From Podarcis gaigeae (taxonomy: Eukaryota): a stretch of 64,000 nt of DNA. Position numbers and translations under genes: made by a program. Positions 1 through 12,848 of this stretch are shown here, piece by piece (position 1 is the stretch's first letter; every line of letters begins with the position of its first letter). The stretch is from the NCBI GenBank assembly GCA_964106915.2, contig OZ066922.1; one strand, 5' to 3'. The notes below the pieces were generated by a model. The model was given only the letters and a program-made list of their open reading frames with translations. It was not told where the DNA came from and ran no database searches.

Positions 1-164
1 ATAGCGTATTAGTTTGAACCGTATTAAGTGAAAAACACGCGCAAGAGCGTTTGGCTAGAAAACACACCACCTAGAATCAAGCATATGTGTATGATTATGT
101 TTTAAACAAAATGAGACAGATATTGGATATCCTGAAGAAAAAGTAAAGTGCTTTTTATATGCTT

Positions 165-330
165 GTGGTCTTAAGTACATAGGAAGAGCCCACTGGATTG
201 GGCCAATGGCCCATCTAATCCAACATCCTGTTCTTATAGTGGCCAATCAGATGCCTGTGGGAAACCCGCAAACAGGATTCAAGCACAAGAACACTCTGCC
301 TTCCTGTGGTTTCCACCAACTTGGCATTAA
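165..330 (-). mobile_element. CR1 LINE 3' end fragment
   Basis: taagtacataggaagagcc...ggcccatctaatccaacatcctgttc...gtggccaatcagatgcc is the reverse complement of the CR1 3' UTR type seen at 27500-27615 and 57250-57367. Confidence 0.65.
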
Positions 331-570
331 CCGCTCCCCCCCGAAGTTTATTCCTTTTGGTATCTGTGTGAGTGGTATGATACTGAAGTGCAGTTGATAG
401 TCCCGATTATGAAAATGGGTGAAATCTAGGTTTTTAATAACAACTTTATCCCTTAATGGACTGTAACGAAACAAACAAACATGGATTCTCTAAAATTATT
501 TTGTGTTTTTTTCCATCTGAGGGAATGCATGGAATGAGGGTCATTCATGTGACCCTGTGGATGGATAGAG

Positions 571-919
571 AAAAAGGTAAAAAGGACCCCTGGACGGTTA
601 AGTCAAAGGCGACTATGGGGTTGCGGCACTCATCTTGCTTTCAGGTCAAGGAAGCTGGTGTTTGTTCACAGACAGCTTTCTGGGTCCATGCGGCCAGCAT
701 GACTAAACCACTTCTGGTGCAACAGAACACCTCGATGGAATAAAAAAGGAATAAAAAGCTGTACCTATATATCTACTGGCATGTTTCCAACCGCTGGGTT
801 GGCAGGAGCTGGGACAGAGCAACGGGAGCTCACCCCGTTGCGGGGGTTTGAACCGCCAACCTTCTGATCGGCAAGCCCAAGAGGCTCAGTGGTTTAGACT
901 ACAGCACCACCCTTGTCCC
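571..919 (-). mobile_element. Sauria SINE, antisense
   Basis: begins aaaggtaaaaaggacccct (RC of SINE tail); reverse-complement similarity to copies at 1918 and 2748; atggatag repeated on both flanks (probable TSD). Confidence 0.88.
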
Positions 920-1508
920 ATGGATAGGGTATTGGAAAATGGAGGAAGTGGATTTAAATCACTGCTCACATATCCAAAATGGAAATAATGGCAAGGCTTC
1001 TTTGGAAGGGCAAAGAAGCTGAAGGCTGCATTGCAGATTCTTTTATGGTTAGGAGGCTTGGAATAAACTGGACAATTGTTAAAGACATGAGCAAGTAGGC
1101 AGAGCTAGATTTGATTGCCTTCTTCTAGGCCAGGATGGAGAACCATTTTCAGTGGGTTGGGCAAGAGGCAAAAGTGTGCAGAACAGTGAATGTAAAATTT
1201 ACTCCGTAGGCTTGTTTCTACATTCAAACACCCCACTCTATCCTGATGCTTGAACTCAGGAACCATTGTGTGAAATTTGGTCATACTATCCCAAGAGGTG
1301 TCCAAATCCACAGCAAACAGAAACTGTCTTCCAAAATATATAAATGATATAGGTGAACATTCATTTTTCTACTCTTGCAGTGGTGCTGTTGACACACATT
1401 TATTTTTAAGTACACATCAGTTCTGTGGCTAACACTTCTGAACTTCAGAAATGACAGGGAGAGATAATTTTCTTGTCCCATTTGTTCACCTTTTCTTCTT
1501 CTTTACAG

Positions 1509-1745
1509 GAACTGTCTACCTGATAGCATCTCTCAGTAACGTGGAACATACCAGTGTGCTGTTGGCTGTTTCTGCCCGGGATGGAGGCGGCCTTGGTTCC
1601 ACTGTTAATGCAGTTGTGACTGTGAAGATCCTGCAGACGGCTGTGGCTCCTGCTGTTTTTGAGAGATCACGTTACACTTTTTCCATCCCCGAAGATGCCC
1701 CTGAAGGAAGTGCCGTGGGAACGGTGAAAGCAAGGGAGCCCTTGA
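1509..1745 (+). CDS. DCHS2: DCHS2 internal coding exon (first in window), cadherin repeat
   Basis: ctttacag|GA acceptor, TTGA|gtaagt donor, 237 nt, phase 1-1; peptide TVYLIASL...SARDGGGL...PEDAPEGSAVGTVKAREP. Confidence 0.93.
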
Positions 1746-1917
1746 GTAAGTGGCCTTCGAAGACATTCAGACAGATTCCACCACCCCCTGATTTGTTACA
1801 GGCTACAGACATATGCAGCCAATATTGTGTTAAATGTTATTTTTATTCTTTCAGTGGAGAAAAGCACACAACTAAATGTGAAACTAGGTTTTGAATTAGT
1901 GTAATAGTAAGAAACTA

Positions 1918-2250
1918 ATGGGTTAAACCACAGAGCCTAGGGCTTGCTGATCAGAAGGTCAGCGGTTCGAATCCCCGCGGTGGGGTGAGCTCCCATTGCT
2001 TGGTCCCTGCTCCTGCCAACCTAGCAGTTTGAAAGCACATCAAAGTGCAAGTAGATAAATAGGTACCACTCTGGCGGGAAGGTAAACAGCGCTTCTATGC
2101 GCTGCTCTGGTTCACCAGAAGCGGCTTAGTCATGCTGGCCACATGACCCGGAAGCTGTACGCCGGCTTCCTCGTCCAATAAAGCAAGATGAGCGCTGCAA
2201 CCCCAGAGTTGGCCATGACTGGACCTAATGGTCAGGGGTCCCTTTACCTT
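1918..2250 (+). mobile_element. Sauria SINE
   Basis: tRNA-like B box ggttcgaatccc, tail ggggtccctttacctt; 10-bp TSD taagaaacta at 1908-1917 and 2251-2260. Confidence 0.92.
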
Positions 2251-2336
2251 TAAGAAACTAGTGCATTTTCCCACATTTGAGTGTTTCCTTGTGGTTTCTT
2301 GGGAGACGATATTAAAAGAGATATAAACAAACACGT

Positions 2337-2364
2337 ATACATACATACATACATACATACATAC
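2337..2364. repeat. (ATAC)n microsatellite
   Basis: direct inspection. Confidence 0.9.
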
Positions 2365-2747
2365 AGTATGTTTAAAAAATAAGTACTCCCATTATAAGAG
2401 TTAAACTTTACAAGGTACACTGGGCTCATTGATTGTTTCCTCACCTGCACGCATGGAGAGTCATGCAGCCATATCAAGGTAGGATATTGATAGGTCGAGA
2501 TGGGGAGGCTCACAGGCCCCCTTCCTCCATGCTTCCTAATGTGCTGTCATGCTGTATGTGTGCATGGTTTAGGAGGGGAGGGAAGGAGGCTTTATTGGAA
2601 TCCTCAATGTGTGAGCTCTGTAACTAGCATGCAAAATGTGCCCTATGTGTGTATTCCCTAATGGACTAGGAGAAATTGTGGTAGTGAAAAATGAGTACTG
2701 TTTATATGTAGGCAAAGTTGCTTGAAACAATTAGTGTTCGAATACTA

Positions 2748-3093
2748 GCGGTTGGCACTGTGGTCTAAACCACAGAGCCTAGGGCTTGCCAATCAGAAGG
2801 TCGGCGGTTCGAATCCTTGCAACGGGATGAGCTCCTGTTGCTTACTCCCTGCTCCTGCCAACCTAGCAGTTCGAAAGCACGTCAAAGTGCAAGTAGATAA
2901 ATAGGCACAGCTCCGGCGGGAAGGTAAACGGTGTTTCCGTGCACTGCTCTGGTTCACCAGAAGTGGCTTAGTCATGCTAGCCACGTGACCCGGAAGCTGT
3001 ATGCTGGCTCCCTCGGCCAATAAAGCAAGATGAGCACTGGTACCCCAGAGTCATTCTCAACTGGACCTAACAGTCAGGGGTCCCTTTACCTTT
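2748..3093 (+). mobile_element. Sauria SINE
   Basis: highly similar to the 1918-2250 copy; A/B boxes and ggggtccctttacc tail. Confidence 0.92.
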
Positions 3094-4525
3094 TATGGCA
3101 TATATGAAAATTGGGGGAAATGAGTCTGAATGTTTAAAGGAATTTCTGTCACAATACAGCTGCAGTCACACGTAACACTAAGCTGCAGTTCGTTCAGTAA
3201 ACAATAAGTTGCCTCACAGATGAGCACACAAAACCATGCCTTGCTTTTCCAAAGCTCAGTTAGTTTTCTTTGAGTTTCTGCCTCATGTCTTTGTGGCTTC
3301 GCAATCAACTGGACCAGGGTGTCCAAACAAACCATGATGAAGCAAGGCTGTTTTCCAACAAAACACGAAACTATAGTTAAAAAATTCCATGGTTGATAAG
3401 CCAAAAAACAAACCGTGGGTTTGTGCTATGGTTTAATGCCAGAAAACAAACCATGGTTAGTCTGCTGGGCTGGGTTTATACTTTCAAACAAACCTGGATC
3501 AGACTCCCCAATCTGGAACCTTCCAGATGCTTTGGACTATAACTACTATCATCACAGGCCAGCATGACTAGTGGTCAGGGTTGATGGGAGTTGTAGTCTA
3601 AAATACCAGGTTGGCAAAGACTGAGCTGCTAAACAGCGGCTTAGTGTTATGTTCAAACAAGCCTGTTAAAACTGAATTGAATAGTTGAGCTGAAATAGCA
3701 GCTTTTAGCAATAAATTTTTGGGTATTTAAGGTGCCATGGGACTCCTGTTCTTTTTTAAGCAGCTTGAACACTATATATATTGAGAAGCACAGTGAGAGA
3801 CTAAAGATGCATCTGTGGCTTCACATATCCTGCCATTCTCCTCTACATAAGCAAACGCCTTAATTACTTAATACATTGCAACACTTACAGGATGTGGCGT
3901 GGCAGTGGCCTAGGAAGGTTTGATACTGACTCTCCATAGTTTCCTGGGAAAAGTCAATTTCCCTAGGCTTTGAGAGCCTCTCCTTCCCCCACTCTGTGCG
4001 TGCTCTCTATATGTTACAGCTTCCTGGTTTGTGCAGTGGGTTGAGGTTTTGACCCTTAGTTCTCACAACAGTTATACTAGAGTCTTAAAATTAGGCTATA
4101 CTGGAATGTTTATATGTCTGCTTAGAGTGGAATTCCTCTGTTCAACCTGACCTAGTTGGAAAGAGTTCCTGTATAATTTTAAATGTGAGAAATGATATTT
4201 ATTTCTTCATAAAATTTAATCACACCTATGGGGTGAAAATACAGATCTCGTAAATGGGCTTACTGCGTGCCTTTAAGTTGGTCTGCACAGCATCCATTTT
4301 TTTCTACTACACCCTAGAGATTACAGCAAAAAAGAAGGAAAGAAAACACAAAAACTTAGGAAACAAACATCCAGAGAGGCGTTTAAACTGTTCAACTCAC
4401 TTAGCACTGCTGTGCCATACATTTCTCAAATGCTCTAGAGCATATTCAGCTAAGTGGATCTTCTAACAAATTGGATGCCTCTTCTTTGACACGGGGGTGT
4501 GTTTTGTTTTTAATCTTCTTTACAG

Positions 4526-5545
4526 ATTTATTGGAAACGGTTTCCTACAGAATTTCCTCCGGTGATCCCTACGGAAGGTTTTCCATTGACCCTCAGTATG
4601 GAATCATCCGCACTAAGAAGCAGCTCGACCATGAAGCCCATTATCACACCCTTCTCACAGTCCAGTCACAGTTGGGAAGCTCCCCTGTCTACAGCAGCGC
4701 CCAGGTCAACATAACCGTGATTGACGTCAATGACAACCCTCCAGTGTTTGTGTCGGAATCTGACCAGATTAATATATCACGAAGCACGGTGCCTGGCGCA
4801 GCTCTTTACATCGCTCATGCGGAGGACAAAGACAGTGGGCTAAATGGTGCAGTCCGGTATGCCATTGTAAGCAATCGATCAAGTATTTTTACCATTGATC
4901 CCGTTCTCGGGGTACTGTACCTTGCCAGAACTTTGGATAGTGATAAACAGCATGAACACACGGTGGTGCACATTGCAGCAGAAGATCATGGAAGTCCTCC
5001 CTTGAGTTCTCTGTTGATCCTACGAGTGGTAATCGATGAGCATAAGGGATGCCCTACATTGACTTTTGAAAATTTGGTGTATCAGGTGGAAGTCAGTGAA
5101 GCAGCACCCATAGGTGTCAGAATTCTGCAAATCCAAGGCCGGGAGTTAGATCCCCAGCGTACCCCTGGGAATGTTGTGTACTCCTTGGAGCATAACATGG
5201 ATTCTGCTTCATTTAGAATCGATCCAGAAGCAGGTGTGATCTACCTACGGAATCCTTTAGATTATGAACTTACACAAATGCATAGTTTTAGAGCCTTTGT
5301 TACTAGCACAGCAGATAAGTCAGGGCAGAATGCAAGTACATCAGTGATAATTAACGTAATAGATGAAAATGACAATTCTCCCGTGTTTTTGCGTGATGCC
5401 TACTTTTTTGACATGGAGGAGAGTTCGTTAGCCCAAGGTGTGGTTGGCACAATAGCCGCAGTTGACAAGGACTCTGGAAGAAATGCGCAGCTCTCCTATT
5501 TCCTCTTATCAGATGGAAAATATTTCAAAATCAATTCCAATACAG
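4526..5545 (+). CDS. DCHS2: DCHS2 coding exon, ~3 cadherin repeats
   Basis: tttacag|AT to ACAG|gtaat, 1020 nt, phase 1-1; LDHE, DVNDNPPVF, LDYE, DENDNSPVF, AVDKDSG motifs. Confidence 0.97.
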
Positions 5546-5616
5546 GTAATATGTTTTAATAATCTTTCCCTGTTTTCCTTGCGGGATGTTAAGCTTTCTG
5601 CTAAACTAGAGTGTTT

Positions 5617-5619
<3 letters not shown>

Positions 5620-5675
<56 letters not shown>
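5620..5675. repeat. compound (CT)n(GT)n microsatellite
   Basis: direct inspection. Confidence 0.95.
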
Positions 5676-5676
<1 letters not shown>

Positions 5677-5882
5677 AACAAATATAATTTGCATGTCCAA
5701 ATTCAGGGTGAAAACAGTGGGACGTAACAGGCAGGCAAAAGAGAGAACAACTGAATTCTCTCCACTGGTGGATCTAGCTTCTGCATACACTCAAAACTCA
5801 TGATAGGCTTTGCAAAGTGAATTGTCAGTATATTAAAAAGTCAGAAATGTAAATAATATTACCTGCAGGTCACTTAGTAGTA

Positions 5883-5883
5883 T

Positions 5884-5943
<60 letters not shown>

Positions 5944-5944
5944 T
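5883..5944. repeat. (TTTC)n microsatellite
   Basis: direct inspection. Confidence 0.95.
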
Positions 5945-6570
5945 TACCTTTGAGCTATTATTGAGCAGTGATCAGCAGCTCAAAGGAATGAGCATGGTAC
6001 TGCTGATGTCATCACAAGTATCTGTGAAAACTGCTAGCAAAGATGGTTACAGATCACTGTCAGGGACAACACTCAAACCCCTGCAAAAGTGCAAAGTTGG
6101 ATGGCAAGCACTTCCACCATTCCACACATATATTACATATGGTCTGAGCAGATGACTTCCAGGACAGATGCTGGTCAGACTTACCAGTCTGATACCTCCA
6201 TACTTTTTTCATGCCCATCTCTGAATCTTAAAACATTTTCTTAAAACGTTTGCAATCTTCCATTTGTATCTTCCCAGGCCTGCCCTGGGACCTGCCTACA
6301 TCTTTCTCTTCCTAATACTATACCATCCTTACCATACCTGACATCTCTTCTCCTTTAACTGATCTACTGGCTTTGTTTTGTTGTGTTGCTATCAGCTGAC
6401 TTTCCATTGTTCTTCCTGGTGAAGGATCTACCCTGATCTCAATTTATACCTACTGCTTGCTCCCTTCCACTGTACTATATCTGTAGCTGGAACTCTTGCG
6501 GCTTTGGACACAATTCAAGGACATTGGTGTGAAAATGTCTAATAATTTTGTATCACAACTCTATGTGAAA

Positions 6571-6978
6571 TGTAGGATTAGCATTTGAGGAGGTGAAGGT
6601 CGCTGGATGAATCGAATGCCAAAACCCAGGATAAACAAAGACAGGTATTTTAACAAGATAAAATAAAACATTGAAAATCAATCAGAAGGGATTGTGTAAT
6701 AAAAAGTCGGGCACGAGTGACAGAGCTAGCTGGCGGGAGAGGCCTTGTACTACACAGATGTGGAATCTGAGACTACTCTCCACTGCTTGCCGTCTGGAAA
6801 ACGAGGAAAGCAGAATGGCTAATATAGCTGGGTTTAGAGAGATAGTGTGAGATCAAAGAAATACAGCACAGTTCCATAGGAATGGATTTCTTACGAAGCA
6901 CCCAAAATCCTGCGATAAAGAAGGCCAGCTGGTCATGGTAAGGGGCTGCAAGGCTGCAGAATATCCTCAGCCCCTACA
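6571..6978. mobile_element. possible solo LTR
   Basis: TGTAGG...CCTACA inverted termini; flanks tgaaa/gcaaa match only imperfectly. Confidence 0.4.
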
Positions 6979-7387
6979 GCAAAGTGAAGAAAATGCTTGC
7001 TGGTCCCCCCAAAGGGTCTGTGATGAGAAGTCCCTGGTATATGATGTCTCGTCCAGCTGGCTAACAACTAAAATAATTTTCGCTCTTTTCTGCTGGCTGG
7101 AAGAAGGAAATATGTTGGCTTCTTTAGAGCAGCCATCTGGCTTTAAAGTTAGCTTTTTCTGTGTGAAGTGGAGTCACTTGGAGTCCAGCGAAGTTATAAT
7201 GACCCCAGGGTACACAAATATATGCTGAGTGACAGGATCTCTCTTGGCTTTCTATAGTATGCAGTGTGCATATCAAGTGACTGACGTGGTTAAGGCAGAG
7301 TGTGCTGTAAAGCATGCACAGCTTCTTAAAACCTGTTATATGCAGCCCATAATGCTCTTTTTTAATCACTGTTCCCCCCCCCCCCAG

Positions 7388-7575
7388 GTGAAATTATAAA
7401 CTGGGTTGCATTAGACTATGAACAGCAGGCTCACCACTACCTGATTGCTCTGGTGACTGACCATGGGGTCCCGCAACATAATGCCACAATAACAGTCTAT
7501 ATCTCTGTTACCGATCTCAATGACAACCACCCATGCTTCCCGCAGCTTATGTCTGGAGCAGAGCTACATGTCAAG
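7388..7575 (+). CDS. DCHS2: DCHS2 coding exon (not in ORF track)
   Basis: poly-C cag|GT to AAG|gtttga, 188 nt, phase 1-0; GEIINWVALDYEQQAHHYLIALVTDHGVP...DLNDNHPCFP. Confidence 0.93.
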
Positions 7576-8347
7576 GTTTGAACAGATTGAAATCCCTTTC
7601 TTATCCATGTGTAACTTGAAGAACCACCTTTGTGTCGCGTATGAATGCTATTAATGTGTGACAGAATGTGAAAGAGTTGTTTTTAAATGAAACACATGTT
7701 CCAACCAGTGTAGGTATTAAATTTGCGTTTTACAGACCAATGTAAGCAAAAAAGGCCTTTTAAACCTCATAGTGTCTTTACTGCAGCACACAATAATTTT
7801 TTAAAAATTTGTTTTGAGCACCATCTTGTGGTTAGAATATGGGGAAACAGCTGAAAATCACAGTTGGCACATAATCAAGGCAAGCATGATTCTAATATAT
7901 CAAACTATTGAGGTAAAATCTGTTTAAACTTAATTTTCAGTTTACTGTAGCTTACATTTGCTGCATATGCTACTAGCCCATAGACATGTTGGTTCTATGC
8001 AGCTGCTTATCCCACAGAATGGGAATGCTTGATCAGGGTCTGGGGGACCCAGACTACTTAATTTACTTTTCACATTTTTATCAATTAGTTCTTCACATTG
8101 CCTAACGTAATGCAACTTCTGCATGACTTGGAATTTTGAACTGCCCAAATGTTCTTTTTGAACTGCCCATTCTCCCACCCTCTAATAGCCCATTTAATGG
8201 GTCTGGATGCCCATTAAAAAGCCTTTCCATTTGCACTCTGCCAGTCCCTTTTAGCACTTTAGTTTTGAACCTTTCTTTAATGTATATTAATTTAGTTGGT
8301 CTTTCTTCTGTGGAAAGTCTAATTTTAATCCATCTGCTTGCTATTAG

Positions 8348-8447
8348 GTTTTGGAAGGGCAACCAGCAGGAACCCTGGTTGCCACCATGTTTGCCAAGGA
8401 CCTTGATTCTGGGAACAGTGGGATCGTATTATATTCATTGTCCTCAG
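8348..8447 (+). CDS. DCHS2: DCHS2 coding exon
   Basis: attag|GTT to TCAG|gtaaaa, 100 nt, phase 0-1; VLEGQPAGTLVATMFAKDLDSGNSG. Confidence 0.93.
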
Positions 8448-9462
8448 GTAAAAAAGTCCTTACTTCTCAAGTAGAGATAAGAAAGTGCACGATATCCAGA
8501 TACATTGGGCAAAGTTGTAACCGTACAACATAAACTGAGGGCAAAGATCTGTTCTTGGCTGCTCTTGGAAACTTCTCTTTTCTGAATCAAATGCTGATTC
8601 AAGTTTATTAAGTGGAATTCCCACATCTCTCCATCACATGTGGCATGCTGCCTGTTTATTATGAGGTATTTTCAGTTTTAAATGTGAGAGTTGTAAAAAT
8701 GTCCGATTTTCAAACTTATTATTATTGACATTTCTCTCTTCATGCTTTCATGATCTTTGTAATATCGGGAGTAGCTCTCTCTACCTTTTTATCCTTCCAC
8801 GCTTGTTTTTGTTGCGTTTAGAATTCTTAATCGAAAGCACTCACTTAGCACACCCAGGATTAAGTTGGCAACACTAAGTAAAACATGTTCAGTGTAGTTT
8901 AGGATTTCATCTGTTATAGGCAGATGCTTTCACCGTCCCAGTGGGAAAATGACCTTTCCTTTCCCATGACTAACTGGAAATCTTCTTCCTATAGGAATTG
9001 ACCATGACAGTCTGGGACAGGGATCAAAAGATAATGTGAGCAAACAATGGGGGCTTGTGTAGATCCTATTTCATCCTTTGTTGGGTCGAATGTTTGCTGG
9101 AGAGAATTCTGCAGCAAAACTGTGTTTGCAATCATGTCCTGCTCATTGGCTTCCCACAGTCTTCTGGTTGGTCACTTTGAGAACAGGACGCTGGACTCTG
9201 AAGCAGTATGCTGGTCTAATCCTGAAGTGTTCTTATCTTTCCTTTCCTTTTTCCTTTTACTAGGTCCTAGTTTTGGCTTATTTATAAAAAAAATTAAAAA
9301 TTGCAGGTCTAAAATGACCCTCTCTAGTGCTAACGATCTGTGATCATGCACTGCACATTTATTCTGGAGTCATTGAACATAAAATAGTGACAGAGCCTCC
9401 AGCTTTTTACAGTCCTTATTAAAAAGAGCAAAATATTTTATTGCTGTCTTATGAGTTAGGCT

Positions 9463-10004
9463 TGTGGGATGTAAACACAGGAGCAGTCAATGACAACATT
9501 CCTAGAGTGTACATGTTAGAACATGGGGAGGGATGTCTGTCTAGCAAGCAGGTAAACTTCCTGGGGACGGACTTCCTCCGCATGTGACCAGAGGTGGGTG
9601 TGGCCTCACCTGTGCAGGTAAATGATAAAAGCACAGGGCAGGCAGCCATCTCTCTCTCTGCCATCTCTCTCTGCCATCTTCCTTCCATGAGGAAACATCT
9701 AAGGATGCTCTCTTGGCTCCCAGCCAAGAGAGGAGATAAGGACTATCTTGCTACAAGATAGATTTTAAATGTATTTTACTTTTATAAAGACTGTGTCGTG
9801 TCTTGTATTTTAAGAGGGAACAAAGGGGAAATTACCAGAGTAATTATTATAGAGGTTCTAGCAAACCTGTGCACACGTTACCGTTGCGAACTTAAAGGGG
9901 AATGTCTATAAACTCTGCTGATATTTTAGGAACTTGTTAGCACAAGTTGGATAAGGATATAATTAGTCAATATATCCTCTCTTGCACCCCAGAACATTCC
10001 CACA
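9463..10004. mobile_element. solo LTR (542 bp)
   Basis: TGTGGGA...TCCCACA inverted termini and perfect 5-bp TSD aggct (9458-9462, 10005-10009). Confidence 0.85.
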
Positions 10005-11369
10005 AGGCTATAGCCAATTAAAATTCATGCCTAGATACCAGTGTTCGAAACTCTCATTGTTCTAGGTGCATTTTGCAGCAGGGAATTTCATTAGCGCGAG
10101 CAGTTTCTGAGCTCTTGAGTGCAGTAGTACGCCTAAGATTTTGGATTAAAACTGCAGAGTGGAAGGAAAGGAGGAGCTTTTTCTGCCTCTCCACTTCCAG
10201 CTACTCTCTGAAGACTGGAGAAGAGACACTCTGAATAATATTAGGGGGATGGGAAGGGAAAGGACCAGACCATGTGAAAAATGAACATAACATTTTAGCT
10301 GCAGTTCATTCATTTTCAGCTTTGTATTCTTGTTATAAAAAAGTGTGCCTAGACATTCTGTTGTTGTGCCCATAACTTAGGTTTGAGGTGCCATTTAGCT
10401 CCTAGCTTTCATATCTCAGTTTCTAACACTGCTTGATACATTTATTAGTCTTTGAAACATGACTCTTCACTTCTGCAACATTAAACACATGGCCGAACTT
10501 CATTTTTGAAACAACCATTTTTTTACACTATTCACATTCAAATATCATTGTTATTTATCCTTAAATGTTGGCTTTTTCTTTTCTTAGCAAAGTTGTGATT
10601 ATTAGCCCGTTTGAATCGAGAATAATTTGTGTCCCTGAATTTAAAACTGGTAGAGAATAATGCAATCTTAATACAGATGAATTTTACATTTCTCAAGTGT
10701 TACGCTTCAACGTAGCTCCAATTTGCATCCCAGAGTCAGCTTATACTTGTCATAATTATTTGTTGGTGAATGAACTCAAACTAAAGTACCATGAAAACCA
10801 AATTACCTCTTTTCCTTAACAGAGAAAGAACAGTAACTACTTCCTAAAGTCCTCCCAGGAAGACTTGTAGCCTAACATACTTTCACATACTGCATGTGAT
10901 ATCTTGGGGGAAAGCAAGAAATCCAGACTTCACTCACCCCACAATGACTAGCTCATTCATTCCTAATTGTGAGAAACTGGATACGTGAAACCTGTTTTCT
11001 GGGCCTCTCCATGGAAGTAAACCATGGAAGTTTGAGATTGCCTTCCTGAACCACTAGGGTTAGGGTATGCTATAAAATAGCACCACTGTTCAGAAACTAC
11101 AGCTGGTGCAGCGCATTATTGTTTGGCTCCTGAGGGAATGGGCTGTCAGATACTGGTGCTGCGTCTTCCTGTTTTTATTCTTGGGTGCAGGCATCAAGAA
11201 ATCCCTCTGGCCCTTAGGTTAAAAAAGGGAGAAATATCCATTGTTCTTCATGATAAACTTAACTCACTCACAATTACCATTCACTTTTCCTTCTGATTTG
11301 GACTCTGGGTTAGGCGAGTAAAATGGTTTTGACTTAGGCATGTGTTGCAGAGTCCTTGGGCAGTAGGAT

Positions 11370-11620
11370 GTTATTATTATCGTTATTTGTTAAATTTGTA
11401 TACTGGCCTTCATCCATAGATCTCAGGGTGGTTCACAGCATAAAAAATTCAAGATAAAAAACACAAAAATACATAGTAAAAACAAAAACAAATACCTCCC
11501 CACTCTCACAACGCATTTAAAAGAGTATCAGGTGTTAATCAGCCAAAAGGTTGGCTGAAGAGGAACGTTTTTGCCTGGCACTTAAAGGTTTATAATGAAG
11601 GCCTCCCTCCCTCAGGCATC
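11370..11620 (-). mobile_element. L2 LINE 3' fragment
   Basis: (tta)n tail then catccatagatctcagggtggttcacagc and gaagaggaacgtttttgcctggca; similar tail at 36220-36310. Confidence 0.6.
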
Positions 11621-12690
11621 CTATCTGCTCTTCAGGCCGTGTCCTTTGATATTTGGTAAGGCCAACAAAGCTGTTACCACATCCTCTGTGTTTCCAGAGG
11701 GCCTAAAATCCATATGAATGCTACACAAGGATTTTGAAGTAGCTCTTACAGTGCCTTTGCGGGGGCAAATGCAAGCACACCTTGTTGCAGCTTCTCTGGA
11801 TCATTTCTTCCTGTGTTCTACAGCTGTGATCCTTGCATCCTGTCCATTGAACTGTGCATGTACTTCCTATTAGGACAAGAGACAGAAGTACTGTACATCC
11901 ATAAGGGGCTTGGGGGGAAGTTCAGTTCACTCTAGCTTTTGCAGCCAGGGACTTTCAAAACATGCTGCACTGGTTTACTGGCTCCCATCTCTTGTTTAGT
12001 GGAGGTTTTCTGACAATAATTGTTCTCTCGCAGACTGAAGAAAAGTTGTAGGTGTCAGTTGATGCCGATAGCCTAAACTCAGCATTTAGCAGGAGATTAT
12101 TTATGAAAATATTTAATAGAGCAGAATCAATATTTGGGAATTGTTGCAAAATGTAGTCAAGTGCAGAAGGGTTGCATTAAATTGTATTTTATCCCCGTTG
12201 TCAGGTTTTTTGTTCTGCTCTGGTTACCAGAAACTATTTTTATGTAGTTTTTGTGCCAATTTTTCACCAAAATTGTTTCTCGTCTTGTTTTATGGTCCGT
12301 AAGTATACACATCGGCATTTATATTGATAGTTATGCAGCGTAACCAATCTGTTCTATCTTCAGTATACACCCAGTGTTTATTCAAGGCATCTGTTGCAGC
12401 CACTCAGGATTGTATTCGACAAAGTAGTTCTGTTAGCACAAGGATTTTCGTTTCTGTGATAGAAGTTCTCCTGCAATTTTTCTCCCCCTCCCCAGATCTG
12501 CCCCCATAACACATTTAGGGGATGCATATGGAGGGGAATATGAGGGGCAGTTCTACTGTGCAGCCAAAAATCGAACTAACAGGACTACTTTGTTGATACC
12601 ACCTCAGGACTTAGGTTTGTTCTGTGATGTACTGTTTCTATAGCACTTCTTAATGTGCAAGTATATTAATAGTTTTGTTATCTTTTTCAG

Positions 12691-12848
12691 GGGAAAGTTT
12701 AGGCCATTTTCAGATTGACAGCAGCAGTGGAGAGTTAAGGACCACTGAAGCTCTTTTGTACAATTGGCGTTCAAGCTACCAAATGGCAATCACTGCAGCT
12801 GATCAGGGAGTCCCTCCTCTTCAAGGACAAGTAGCCATCACTGTGGAG
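12691..12848 (+). CDS. DCHS2: DCHS2 coding exon
   Basis: ttttcag|GG to GAG|gtatt, 158 nt, phase 1-0; HFQIDSSSGELRT...AADQGVPPL. Confidence 0.93.

Noticed and set aside
30-58. Small hairpin followed by CTAG, resembling a Helitron 3' end
   Set aside because: Cut by the window edge, imperfect stem, and followed by A rather than the expected T; cannot be supported.
1955-1980. tRNA-like B box ggttcgaatccc (also near 2805 and RC near 845)
   Set aside because: Part of the tRNA-derived head of Sauria SINEs, not a tRNA gene.
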